From: an uncultured Spirochaetales bacterium | GTDB taxonomy: Bacteria; Myxococcota_A; UBA9160; UBA6930 | DNA length: 64,000 bases | Assembly: GCA_964615365.1 (NCBI GenBank) | Contig: CAZTOU010000009.1 | Span: forward strand, 66,309-130,308 | Direction of reading: 5' to 3' | Shown: positions 54,333-62,829 of the stretch, one piece after another | Layout of the letters: every line of letters begins with the position of its first letter | How positions within the stretch are numbered: the stretch's first letter is position 1 | Made by a program: the position numbers and the translations under genes | Notes under the pieces: model-generated | Told to the model about the DNA's origin: nothing | Seen by the model: the letters and a program-made list of their open reading frames with translations, nothing else | The model's database searches: none

Positions 54333-55445
54333 TTATCTGAACGGGGAGCGGGCGAAGTTGCGGAGCTGGACCGGCTGGCGTCTCGCGCCCCAGTTGCCGG
54401 GCTCGTCGCTGAAGACCCCGGCGCAGGGGGCGCCACAGGCGCCGCAGTGGCCACCGTCCTTCAGATTCCAGGCGGTGATCTCATACCAGTCGCGGCCGAT
54501 CAGCCGCTCGCCGCAGGCGTGGCAGTAGGTGCTCTGGCCTTCCTCGTCGTGAACGTTGCCCGTGTACACGTGGTGGATGCCGTGGCGCTTGGCGATCGCG
54601 CGTGCGCGCCGCAGCGTTTCCGGCGGCGTCGGTGGCCGATCCCGCATCCGGAAGTCGGGGTGGAAGGCGCTGAAGTGGAGCGGCACTTCGGCGCCGAGGT
54701 TCGAGACGATCCAGGCGGAGAGATCGGCGAGCTCGGCGTCGGAGTCGTTCAGGCCGGGGATGAGGAGCGTGGTGATCTCCAGCCATACCTCGGTCTCGCG
54801 CTTCAGATAGACGAGCGTCTCGAGCACCGGCGCCAGCTCGGCGGAGCAGAGCCCCTTGTAGAAGTCCTGCGAGAACGCCTTCAAATCCACGTTGGCCGCA
54901 TCGATCTCGGAGAAGAACGCCTCCCGGGCCCCCTCCCGGACGTAGCCGGCGGTCACCGCCACGGATCGAACCCCGACCTCGCGGCAGGCCCGGGCGGCGT
55001 CCACGGCGTACTCCAGGAAGATGACGGGGTCGTTGTAGGTGAAGGCGACGCTGGCACATCCGAGCTGGCGGGCGGCCTCGGCGATCAGCTCGGGAGGGGC
55101 CTCGTCGGCCAGCGTGTCCATCTCCCGGGACTTGCTGATGTCCCAGTTCTGGCAGAACCTGCAGGTCAAGTTGCAGCCCGCCGTGCCGAAGGAGAGCACG
55201 GGGGTCCCGGGGAGGAAATGGTTGAGGGGCTTCTTCTCGATGGGGTCGATGCAGTAGCCGCTCGATCGCCCGTAGCTGGTGAGAACCACCGCGTCATTCT
55301 GGCGCGCGCGAACGAAGCAGAGCCCGCGCTGACCCTCGCTCAGCTGGCAGGCACGGGGACAGACGTCGCACTGCACCTTTCCGTCCGGGAGTCGGTGCCA
55401 GAATCGGGTCGGGACGATGGACTCCACCAATAGGGAGTGTGGCAT
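54333..55445 (-). CDS. amrS: AmmeMemoRadiSam system radical SAM enzyme (AmrS)
   Basis: ATG at 55445. The N-terminal Cys motif (CDVCPRAC...GLCFVR), radical SAM CNLTCRFCQNW, and C-terminal CHACG...CGACG zinc-ribbon-like motif are characteristic of AmrS-type PflA-like activases. Confidence 0.85.
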   Translation of the reverse strand: MPHSLLVESIVPTRFWHRLPDGKVQCDVCPRACQLSEGQRGLCFVRARQNDAVVLTSYGRSSGYCIDPIEKKPLNHFLPGTPVLSFGTAGCNLTCRFCQNWDISKSREMDTLADEAPPELIAEAARQLGCASVAFTYNDPVIFLEYAVDAARACREVGVRSVAVTAGYVREGAREAFFSEIDAANVDLKAFSQDFYKGLCSAELAPVLETLVYLKRETEVWLEITTLLIPGLNDSDAELADLSAWIVSNLGAEVPLHFSAFHPDFRMRDRPPTPPETLRRARAIAKRHGIHHVYTGNVHDEEGQSTYCHACGERLIGRDWYEITAWNLKDGGHCGACGAPCAGVFSDEPGNWGARRQPVQLRNFARSPFR

Positions 55446-56013
55446 GAGCCAGATCCAGCCGCCTCCCCTCGAGGACCGCGCAGCGCTCCTGGAGGTCGCG
55501 CGGGCGTCGATCCGGCACGGTCTGGAGTACGCATCACCGCTCCCCGTGGAGCTGGAGCGCTTCTCTCCGCCACTTCGCGAGCCCGGTGCCTGCTTCGTGA
55601 CGCTTCGACGCGCCGGGGCTCTGCGCGGCTGCGTGGGCTCCCTCGAGGCCACCCGACCGCTGGTCGAGGACGTGGCCCAGAATGCCTTCGCCTCGGCCTT
55701 TCGCGATCCGCGCTTCCCGCCGTTGCCGGAGGAGGAGAGCCGGGATCTCCACATCCATCTGTCGATTCTGACGGTCCCGGAGCCCCTGCCGTGCGGCTCG
55801 GAGGCCGAGCTCCTGTCGAAGCTGCGGCCGGGAGTCGACGGCCTCATCCTCCGGGACGGCAGCCACCGCGCGACGTTCCTGCCGAGCGTCTGGGATTCTC
55901 TCGCGGAGCCGAAGAGATTCCTGGTCGAGCTCAAGCGAAAAGCGGGCCTGACCGCGGATCACTGGTCAGACGGGATCCGCTTCCAGCGCTACCGCGCCGA
56001 GTCGATCGAGTAG
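55444..56013 (+). CDS. amrA: AMMECR1-domain protein (AmmeMemoRadiSam system protein A)
   Basis: ATG at 55444 lies 6 nt after GGAG; the ATG at 55417 is an alternative. AMMECR1 signature LRGCVGS and FRDPRFPPL. Confidence 0.8.
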   Translation: MSQIQPPPLEDRAALLEVARASIRHGLEYASPLPVELERFSPPLREPGACFVTLRRAGALRGCVGSLEATRPLVEDVAQNAFASAFRDPRFPPLPEEESRDLHIHLSILTVPEPLPCGSEAELLSKLRPGVDGLILRDGSHRATFLPSVWDSLAEPKRFLVELKRKAGLTADHWSDGIRFQRYRAESIE

Positions 56014-57405
56014 CTTCTCCCAGATCGCGCCGAAGGCGCCGTTGCTCAAGGTGACGATCACGTCGCCCGGCGCGTGGAGGTCGACCAGATGGTCGACGAT
56101 GGCGTCGACGCCGTCGATGGCCACCGCCTCTCCTCCCCGGCCGCGAAGGTCGGAAGCGAGCTGCCGGGCGGAGAATCGCTCGGTGACCTCCCCGGTGGCG
56201 CTGTAGATTGGCGCATCCGGGACTTCGGAGACGATGACCCGGTCCGCGTCGCCGAAGGCTCCCGCGTAGTCCTTCTGGAAGATGGCGCGCCGGCTGGTAT
56301 TGGATCGAGGCTCGAAGACCGCGATCACCCGGCGTCCGGGATAGCGGGCGCGCAGGGAGAGAAGGGTCTCGCGCACCGCCGTCGGGTGGTGAGCGAAGTC
56401 GTCGATCACGGTGACGCCGTTAGCCTCGCCCCGCACTTCCTGGCGGCGCTTCACCCCCGCGTAGCTAGGAAGTGCCGCGAGAATCTCACCGGTGGGCACG
56501 CCGCGGGACTCGAGCACCGCGATCGCCGCGAGGGCATTCGCCACGTTGTGCCGGCCGTGCAGGGGCGCCTCGGGGCGCGCCACCACCACACCCTCGCGGA
56601 CCAGATCGAAGCGGGTCCCCGTCCGGGTCGCCTGCAGCGCGCGAGCCCGGACCTCCGCGTCGCCCTCCCCGTCGACGGCGTAGCCGATCACGCGGCAGGG
56701 CGCCCCAGCCACCACCTCGGCGACGTTGGGCTCGTGGGCGGCGGCGACGATGACACCGGCGGCGGGCATCGACTGGACCAGCTTGCGGAACTCGCCCTTC
56801 ACCTGATCCAGATCCCGGTAGATGTCGGCGTGATCGAACTCCACCGACGTGATCACCAGGGTCTCGGCGTGGTAGTGGAGGAACTTGGGGGTCTTGTCGA
56901 AGAAGGCCGTGTCGTACTCGTCTCCCTCCACCACGAAGTCGGGGCCCGCGCCGTCGCGGAAGCTCCCGTCGAAGTTGGCGGTGATGCCCCCCACCAGCAT
57001 GGAGGGATCGCGGCCGGTTTCGAAGAGAAGCGTGGCGATGATGCTGCCGGTGGTCGTCTTGCCGTGGGTTCCGGCCACCACCACCGAGTGCTTCCCCTCG
57101 ATGGCGTGCCGGTAGAGCGCGTCGGGAAAGGAGAGGTAGGGCAGTCCGGCGTCGATCGCCGCCCGCGCTTCCGGATTCTCGACGCGCACCGCGTTTCCGA
57201 TCACGACGAGGTCCGGCCGTCGCGCGAGCACGTTCTCGGGCCGAAACCCCTTCGCCACGGGAATGCCCCAGGCCTCGAGCGCGATGCTCATGGGCGGATA
57301 CACGTCGGCGTCGGAGCCGGTGACCTCGAGCCCCCGGCTCCTGAGGAGCCCGGCGAGGGAGCCCATGCCGGTCCCGGCGATGGCGACGAAGTGTACATGC
57401 CGCAT
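55966..57405 (-). CDS. mpl: UDP-N-acetylmuramate:L-alanyl-gamma-D-glutamyl-meso-diaminopimelate ligase
   Basis: N-terminus HFVAIAGTGMGSLAGLL, the Mur ligase P-loop VAGTHGKTTT, and Mpl-like length and order of domains. Confidence 0.88.
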   Translation of the reverse strand: MRHVHFVAIAGTGMGSLAGLLRSRGLEVTGSDADVYPPMSIALEAWGIPVAKGFRPENVLARRPDLVVIGNAVRVENPEARAAIDAGLPYLSFPDALYRHAIEGKHSVVVAGTHGKTTTGSIIATLLFETGRDPSMLVGGITANFDGSFRDGAGPDFVVEGDEYDTAFFDKTPKFLHYHAETLVITSVEFDHADIYRDLDQVKGEFRKLVQSMPAAGVIVAAAHEPNVAEVVAGAPCRVIGYAVDGEGDAEVRARALQATRTGTRFDLVREGVVVARPEAPLHGRHNVANALAAIAVLESRGVPTGEILAALPSYAGVKRRQEVRGEANGVTVIDDFAHHPTAVRETLLSLRARYPGRRVIAVFEPRSNTSRRAIFQKDYAGAFGDADRVIVSEVPDAPIYSATGEVTERFSARQLASDLRGRGGEAVAIDGVDAIVDHLVDLHAPGDVIVTLSNGAFGAIWEKLLDRLGAVALEADPV

Positions 57406-57424
57406 GGCGATGTTCCGGCCCGCG

Positions 57425-58579
57425 CTACGCGGAGAACGCCTCCATGATCAGGTCGTGAATCACCGGGCGCAGGGTGAACTGACTCTTCTTCGCCACCAGG
57501 TGGACGCGGTTGGTGAGCATCACGACGATGGCCTCCTGATCGAGATCGATCCAGAGGGAGGTCCCGGTGAATCCGAGGTGGCCGACGGAGTTCATGGAGA
57601 AGAGTCGCCCCGAAGAGGAAGTCCCCGGCGTCGGCGTGTCCCAGCCCAGCGCCCATTCCGACTTCTCGGGCAGATCCTGCCGGGTCAGGAACCTCCGCAG
57701 GAGATCCCGGGGAAGGGCGTCGCTCCGCCCGTGCCACACGTCGAGGACGACGCGGGCGAAGCGAAGCACGTCGTCGGCGGGCGCGAAGAGCCCGGCGTGG
57801 CCCGCAACCCCGCCCATCACCGAGGCGTTGGGATCGTGAACCTCGCCCCAGACGATGCGCCCGCGCCAAGGGCAGTTCTCGGTGGCCGCGAAGCCCCGTT
57901 TCACCGGGTCCGGTGCCCGGCCTTCTCCCTCCGCGTGTGGAACGAATCCCGTGTGGGTGAGCCCCAGCGGGCGAAAGATCCGCTCCTGGCAGAAGCGGTC
58001 GAGGGACTGGTGGGAGACGGCTTCGATCACGGCGCCCAGGATGACGAAGTCGAGATCCCCGTAGACCGCCGCGGTTCCGCACTCGTGCACCAGCGCGGAA
58101 CGACAGATGCCCGCGATCACCCAGTCCCTGGCCGCCGGCGTTCCGATGATGCGCTCGCCCTTCTTCCGCTCCCGTTCCAGCAACGCCTCGTGAAAGGCGC
58201 GCCAGGGTCGGAGCCCCGACGAGTGGGTCAGGAGATGGCGCAGGGTGACCGCCTCCTTCTTCGTCTCGCCGAAGTGAGGAAGGAACTTGGTGACGGGATC
58301 GTCGAGGGCGACGGCTCCGTCCTCCGCCAGGAGCAGGGTCGCGGTGGTGGTGGCCAGGATCTTGGTCAGGGAGGCGAGGTCGAAGATCGTCTCCCGGGCC
58401 ATGGGGATCCGCTCCGGGCGAACCACCGCCAGACCCCGCACCGACGAGTGCTCGAGCAGCTCGCCGTCGCGGCGCATCTCGGCGAGGACGACGGCTCCGG
58501 GGATCTCCGCGGCGTCGATCGCCTTGTCGAGCGCGCGGTCGACGCGCTTCAGCTTGCGCCGGATCACACTGTGTCTCAT
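57425..58579 (-). CDS. Serine hydrolase of the beta-lactamase/transpeptidase fold (class C / AmpH-like)
   Basis: ATG at 58579 overlaps the ldcA stop (ATGA). SxxK motif ASLTK and a C-terminal HLGFTGT motif. The track ORF extension to 60034 is antisense junk. Confidence 0.85.
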   Translation of the reverse strand: MRHSVIRRKLKRVDRALDKAIDAAEIPGAVVLAEMRRDGELLEHSSVRGLAVVRPERIPMARETIFDLASLTKILATTTATLLLAEDGAVALDDPVTKFLPHFGETKKEAVTLRHLLTHSSGLRPWRAFHEALLERERKKGERIIGTPAARDWVIAGICRSALVHECGTAAVYGDLDFVILGAVIEAVSHQSLDRFCQERIFRPLGLTHTGFVPHAEGEGRAPDPVKRGFAATENCPWRGRIVWGEVHDPNASVMGGVAGHAGLFAPADDVLRFARVVLDVWHGRSDALPRDLLRRFLTRQDLPEKSEWALGWDTPTPGTSSSGRLFSMNSVGHLGFTGTSLWIDLDQEAIVVMLTNRVHLVAKKSQFTLRPVIHDLIMEAFSA

Positions 58580-59490
58580 CCCCGCTCCAGCCCGGCTTCC
58601 AGGATCTCGAGCTCTCCGCGCTCGCCGTCGAGAGCGCCGCGCACACCGAACGGCCAGGTCAGGTTGGGGCGCCCGTGACCGAATGGCAAGCCGAGGACGA
58701 TGGGAATTCCCAGGGGAGCCAGCGCCTCGAGAACCACCTCTTCGGCGGTGGGCGTCTCCCGCTTCGGGTCGACGCAGTCGACCAGCTGGCCGACTCCCAC
58801 GCCCGCGAGATCGTCGAGCTTCCCCGCGGCCCGGAGCTGTTGGAGCAGGCGGTCGAGGGCGTAGGGCTTCTCGCAGACGTCCTCGAAGAGCAGGATCGCG
58901 CCGCGGGTGTCCGGCTCCCACGGCGTCCCGAGGCTGGCCGCCAGGACGGTGAGGGAGCCGCCGACCAGAGGGCCCTCTCCGCGCCCACCTCCGTGGCACT
59001 CCCCTTTCATCGCCGGTGCGGGATCGCCGCGGAGGGCGCCGACCAGCGACTCCAGCTCTTCGGGGAGCATTCCCTCCGGCCGTTCGAGCATCGGAGCGTG
59101 AAGTCCGACCAGGCCGGCCGCCTTCCGCTGCCAGAGAAACAGCGTGGTGATATCGCTGTACCCGATCAGCGGCTTGGCAGCGGCTCGGACGCGACGCGGA
59201 TCCAGCCCGGCGACGATGCGGTGGCAGCCATAGCCCCCTCGGGCGCAGAGGATGGCATCGACGCCGTCGTCGTCGATCAGACCCATGAACTCGTCGATCC
59301 GCCGACGGTCGTCGCCAGCCAGATAGCCCCGCCGATCGGTGAGATCGTTCCGACGCACGGTCTGGAAGCCGGCCTCCCGGAGCAGGGCCTCGCCGACCTC
59401 GACGCTCTTCGGATCCACGGCGAAGGCGGGAGCTGCGATGCCGATGGTGGCGCCGTGTCCGAGGGCTCGGGGCTTGTTGAGAACCGGCAC
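58576..59490 (-). CDS. ldcA: LD-carboxypeptidase (S66, muramoyltetrapeptide carboxypeptidase)
   Basis: S66 blocks ARGGYG, nucleophile context GYSDITTL, and C-terminal GLPFGHG. Confidence 0.85.
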   Translation of the reverse strand: MPVLNKPRALGHGATIGIAAPAFAVDPKSVEVGEALLREAGFQTVRRNDLTDRRGYLAGDDRRRIDEFMGLIDDDGVDAILCARGGYGCHRIVAGLDPRRVRAAAKPLIGYSDITTLFLWQRKAAGLVGLHAPMLERPEGMLPEELESLVGALRGDPAPAMKGECHGGGRGEGPLVGGSLTVLAASLGTPWEPDTRGAILLFEDVCEKPYALDRLLQQLRAAGKLDDLAGVGVGQLVDCVDPKRETPTAEEVVLEALAPLGIPIVLGLPFGHGRPNLTWPFGVRGALDGERGELEILEAGLERG

Positions 59491-59499
59491 CAGACTTCC

Positions 59500-60978
59500 C
59501 TAGAAGGGGGGATCGTCGTCGAAGGGGCCGCCGTCCTCGGGGTCTCCCCCGTCGAAGCCCCCGTCGCGGGGCAGACCGAAGCTGCCGACCGGCGGCGGCG
59601 CATCGTCGGGCCGCTCGGTCCGGTTCTCGAAGCGCGCGAAGCGCCCCTCGAAGTGAAGCTTCACCGTCCCGGTGGGACCGTTCCGCTGCTTGGCGATCTC
59701 CAACTCGGCCAGCTTCGGATCCTCGGTCTCCTTGTTGTAGACGACGTCGCGGTAGATGAATGCGATCACGTCGGCGTCCTGCTCGATGGCGCCGGACTCG
59801 CGGAGGTCGCCCAGGATCGGGCGACGCTGGTCGGGATTGCGCTGCTCGGGCCCGCGATTCAGCTGAGAGAGCGCCAGCACGGGAAGCTGAAGCTCCTTGG
59901 CCAGGGCCTTGAGCCCCCGACTGATCTCGGCGATCTCGAGATCCTTCCGGTCCATGCGTCCGTCCGCGCTGGCGAGCTGCAGGTAGTCGACCACCACCAG
60001 GTCGAGACCCCGCTCGGCCTTCATCCGGCGGCACTTGGCCTTGATCTCCAGGATCGTGGCCATCCCGCTGTCATCGATCCAGATCTCCGCGCGCGAGAGC
60101 TTGTCTCCCGCCTCGGTCAGACGGTGATAGGAGGCGTTGGCCAGGAAGCCCTTCCGGAGCGTGGAGAAATCGATCTCTGCCTCCGAGGCCAGGAGCCGCA
60201 GGATCAGCGAGCGGGTGGTCATCTCCAAGGAGAAGATCGCCACCTTCTTCTGGTGATCCAGGGCGGCATTTCGAGCCATGTTGAGAGCCAGGGCGGTCTT
60301 CCCCATCGAAGGCCGCGAGGCGATGATGATCAGCTCCCCGGGCTGGAGGCCCCCGGTGATCTCGTCCACGTCGCGAAAGCCGGTGGGAAGACCCGTGAGA
60401 TCGCCGCCTCGATTCATGATCGCTTCGACGTAGTCGAAGGTCCCGGGCATCTCGTCGTGGAGCCCGGCGAAGCTGGTGCGGCTCTTCTCCTTGCTGATGT
60501 CGAAGATCTTCGACTCGGCGACGTCGAGCAGGCGCTCCGCCGCCTCCGTCTCCTCGTAGCCCACCTCGACGATCTCGGTGGCGACCTGGATCAGATGCCG
60601 CTTCACCGCCTTGTCGCGAATGATCCGCGCGTGATGGACGACGTTGGCGGCGGTGGCCTCGAAGTCGGCGATCTCCGCCAGGTAGACGGTGCCTCCGATG
60701 GAATCGAGGCGCTTCTGGACGTTCAGGTGGTCGGAGAGGGTGATCAGATCGACCGGCTTCCCGTCCTCGTGGATCGCGGCCATCGACCGGTAGAGGACCT
60801 GGTGGGCGGGGTGGTAGAAGTCCTCCGCCTTGACCTCCAGGGTGACCTCGGGGAAGGCGCGATTGTCGAGGAGCAGGGCGGAGAGGACCGCCTTCTCCGC
60901 TGCCAGATCGTGGGGCGGAACCCGGCCGCGCGCCGCGTCCCCGACCGAGTCACCCCCTTCTCGCCCGGAATTCGTCAT
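59500..60978 (-). CDS. dnaB: Replicative DNA helicase
   Basis: N-terminal PPHDLAAEKAVLSALLL, Walker A SRPSMGKTALALN, and the RecA-like C-terminal domain with no intein insertion. Confidence 0.93.
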   Translation of the reverse strand: MTNSGREGGDSVGDAARGRVPPHDLAAEKAVLSALLLDNRAFPEVTLEVKAEDFYHPAHQVLYRSMAAIHEDGKPVDLITLSDHLNVQKRLDSIGGTVYLAEIADFEATAANVVHHARIIRDKAVKRHLIQVATEIVEVGYEETEAAERLLDVAESKIFDISKEKSRTSFAGLHDEMPGTFDYVEAIMNRGGDLTGLPTGFRDVDEITGGLQPGELIIIASRPSMGKTALALNMARNAALDHQKKVAIFSLEMTTRSLILRLLASEAEIDFSTLRKGFLANASYHRLTEAGDKLSRAEIWIDDSGMATILEIKAKCRRMKAERGLDLVVVDYLQLASADGRMDRKDLEIAEISRGLKALAKELQLPVLALSQLNRGPEQRNPDQRRPILGDLRESGAIEQDADVIAFIYRDVVYNKETEDPKLAELEIAKQRNGPTGTVKLHFEGRFARFENRTERPDDAPPPVGSFGLPRDGGFDGGDPEDGGPFDDDPPF

Positions 60979-61050
60979 CGAAGATTGCTAGCCGGCGGGG
61001 TCACCCCCGCTCGCCACCCCCCGACATCGGAGTGAAGAGACTCCCTTGTA

Positions 61051-61506
61051 TCACTCCGCGGCAGTCACCTTCAACTTGACATTGGCGGTGACCTCGCGGT
61101 GCAGGCGAATCGGCACCTGGTGCTCGCCGACCTCCTTGATCGGCTCGGCGAGATCGATCTTTCTCCGATCGATCTCCATGCCCTTCTCTGCGATCAGCTC
61201 CGCGATCTGGATCGCGGTCACCGAGCCGAAGAGCCTCCCCTCCTCGCCGGCCTGGGCTTCCACCGCCAGCTCGAACTGCTCGAGGCGGTCCCGCGTAGCG
61301 TTCAGGTCCTTGAGCTCCCGCGCCACCTTGTCGGCGATCAGACGCTTGTGGTGCTCGAGCTCCTTCATCTTCGCCTCGCTGGCGAGCACCGCCTTGCCCT
61401 GGGGCAGCAAGTAGTTGCGGGCGTAGCCGGGCTTCACGCTCACGGCGTCCCCGGCGTTGCCGAGCTTGGGAACGTCCTCCCGGAGAATCAGATCCACCTG
61501 TCCCAT
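61051..61506 (-). CDS. rplI: 50S ribosomal protein L9
   Basis: ATG at 61506. VILREDVPKLGNAGDAVSVKPGYARNYLLPQGKA is the canonical L9 N-domain. Confidence 0.92.
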   Translation of the reverse strand: MGQVDLILREDVPKLGNAGDAVSVKPGYARNYLLPQGKAVLASEAKMKELEHHKRLIADKVARELKDLNATRDRLEQFELAVEAQAGEEGRLFGSVTAIQIAELIAEKGMEIDRRKIDLAEPIKEVGEHQVPIRLHREVTANVKLKVTAAE

Positions 61507-61526
61507 CGTCTCCCCCTCGATCCGGG

Positions 61527-61886
61527 CTAGCTGATGTGCTGCGACGCGTACGGCATCAGGGCCAGCTGCCGCGCCCGCTTGATGGCGATGGTGACCTGGC
61601 GCTGATGCTTGGCGCAGTTGCCCGAGATGCGCTGCGGAATCACCTTCCCGGTCTCGGAGACGAAGTAGCGCAGCCCCCGGGGGTCTTTGTATTCGATGGT
61701 GAGCTTCGAATCCGAGCAGTAGCGGCAAACCTTCTTGCGGAGGAAGCCGCCCTTCTTCTTGAGCGCCTTGCGAGCCTTCTTGCGCGCCCTGGCGCGGAGG
61801 CGCGCCTTGGGCGACATCGGCCCGCGCTCGCGCCGTTCTCCGCGCTCGGGCCTCGGGGGCCGATCTCCGCCGAATCCCTCGCTCAT
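61527..61886 (-). CDS. rpsR: 30S ribosomal protein S18
   Basis: Core CRYCSD...[43 protein letters not shown]. The ATG overlaps the rpsF stop (ATGA). Confidence 0.92.
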   Translation of the reverse strand: MSEGFGGDRPPRPERGERRERGPMSPKARLRARARKKARKALKKKGGFLRKKVCRYCSDSKLTIEYKDPRGLRYFVSETGKVIPQRISGNCAKHQRQVTIAIKRARQLALMPYASQHIS

Positions 61887-62557
61887 CGTTCACCTCCGTT
61901 CTCCGTCTCGGAGTCGTCGACCGTCGTCGGCGCCTCTTTCGGCTCGTCGACCGTCGGCGCCTCTTTCGGCTCGTCGACCGTCGGCGCCTCTTTCGGCTCG
62001 TCGACGTCGCCGGCCTCCTCGCCGACGCCCTCCGTCTTGGAGTCCTCGACGTCCGAGCCCTCCTCTTCACCCTCGTCGAGCTCGGCCTGCTTCGCGGCGA
62101 GAGCCTCCGCCTCGGCGCTCTCCCTCGCGAAGTTCTCTCTCGCCAGCTTGGCGGCCTCCTGGCGGGCCTTCTCCTCCTCGGCCTCCCGCGCCGCGCGCTC
62201 CTTGGCGCGCTCGGCCCGGATCCGCTCTTCCTCGGCGGCGACCGCCTTGCGCTGCTCCACGTCCTCGACCCGGTCCGTCACCTGGACGGTCAGGAAGCGC
62301 AGCACCGACTCCTCCAGGCGCAGGGTGCGCTCGAGGGGTGCCACCGACTTGCCGTGATCGAGATACTGGGTGGTGACGTAGCGACCCTTCTGGAACTTGC
62401 GGATCTCGTAGGCCAGCTTGCGCTTGCCCTGGTCGTCGTGAAGCAGCCGGACCGCTCCCTCGCGCTCCAGGATCCCGTCGACACGGGCGAGCAGCTCCTG
62501 ACATCCCTCGTCGGAGATCTCTGGCTGAACGATGAAAGTCGTCTCGTATTCCCGCAA
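61883..62557 (-). CDS. rpsF: 30S ribosomal protein S6 with a long acidic C-terminal extension
   Basis: TTG at 62557 lies 5-6 nt after GGGGAGA. The core [12 protein letters not shown]...[17 protein letters not shown] is canonical S6. The ~110-aa E/A/K-rich tail ends in 3 VDEPKEAPT repeats. Confidence 0.85.
   Translation of the reverse strand: MREYETTFIVQPEISDEGCQELLARVDGILEREGAVRLLHDDQGKRKLAYEIRKFQKGRYVTTQYLDHGKSVAPLERTLRLEESVLRFLTVQVTDRVEDVEQRKAVAAEEERIRAERAKERAAREAEEEKARQEAAKLARENFARESAEAEALAAKQAELDEGEEEGSDVEDSKTEGVGEEAGDVDEPKEAPTVDEPKEAPTVDEPKEAPTTVDDSETENGGER
61916..61999. repeat. In-frame tandem repeat (30+27+27 nt) inside the rpsF 3' region
   Basis: GTCGACCGTC(GTC)GGCGCCTCTTTCGGCTC occurs three times head-to-tail and encodes (T)VDEPKEAPT x3. 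Confidence 0.8.
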
Positions 62558-62719
62558 TGCGTCTCCCCATGAGCGGACACTCGCTGCGTCCGAGCCCCCG
62601 GCTGCTGCGGATCTGCCACGGGAGGCACCCGCGATCCGGGGACTGAGGTGATTCTCTGGGCCGTGAGCCGACCCTGTCGAAGAAGGAAGAGTTAGCAGAA
62701 CCCCTCCGCCGAGCCAATT

Positions 62720-62829
62720 CTGGCGGGTTATCGGCCGGCAAAGCCGCCCTGCCCGCACGGCACGCCTGCGGCGTGCCTCGACTGGCGGGTTATCGGCCGG
62801 CAAAGCCGCCCTGCCCGCACGGCACGCCT
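62720..62829. repeat. Intergenic tandem direct repeat: two identical 48-bp copies with a 62-bp period, plus a degenerate third partial copy in the pdxT 3' end
   Basis: CTGGCGGGTTATCGGCCGGCAAAGCCGCCCTGCCCGCACGGCACGCCT occurs at 62720..62767 and 62782..62829. The 14-bp spacer completes the hairpin GGCACGCC-tgc-GGCGTGCC. Confidence 0.85.

Noticed and set aside
52928-55445. Sulfatase gene next to a radical SAM gene, which could be a sulfatase plus anaerobic sulfatase-maturating enzyme pair.
   Set aside because: The radical SAM protein has AmrS features (PflA-like, C-terminal CxxC...CxxC, adjacent AMMECR1 gene) and no SPASM-type twin-cluster domain. The sulfatase-fold protein has Thr, not Cys/Ser, at the FGly position. 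The two genes are convergent.
62720-62829. Direct repeats as a possible miniature CRISPR array.
   Set aside because: There are only two full copies, with a 14-bp spacer and 48-bp repeats, and no cas genes. One copy abuts a gene end, which fits a tandem duplication.
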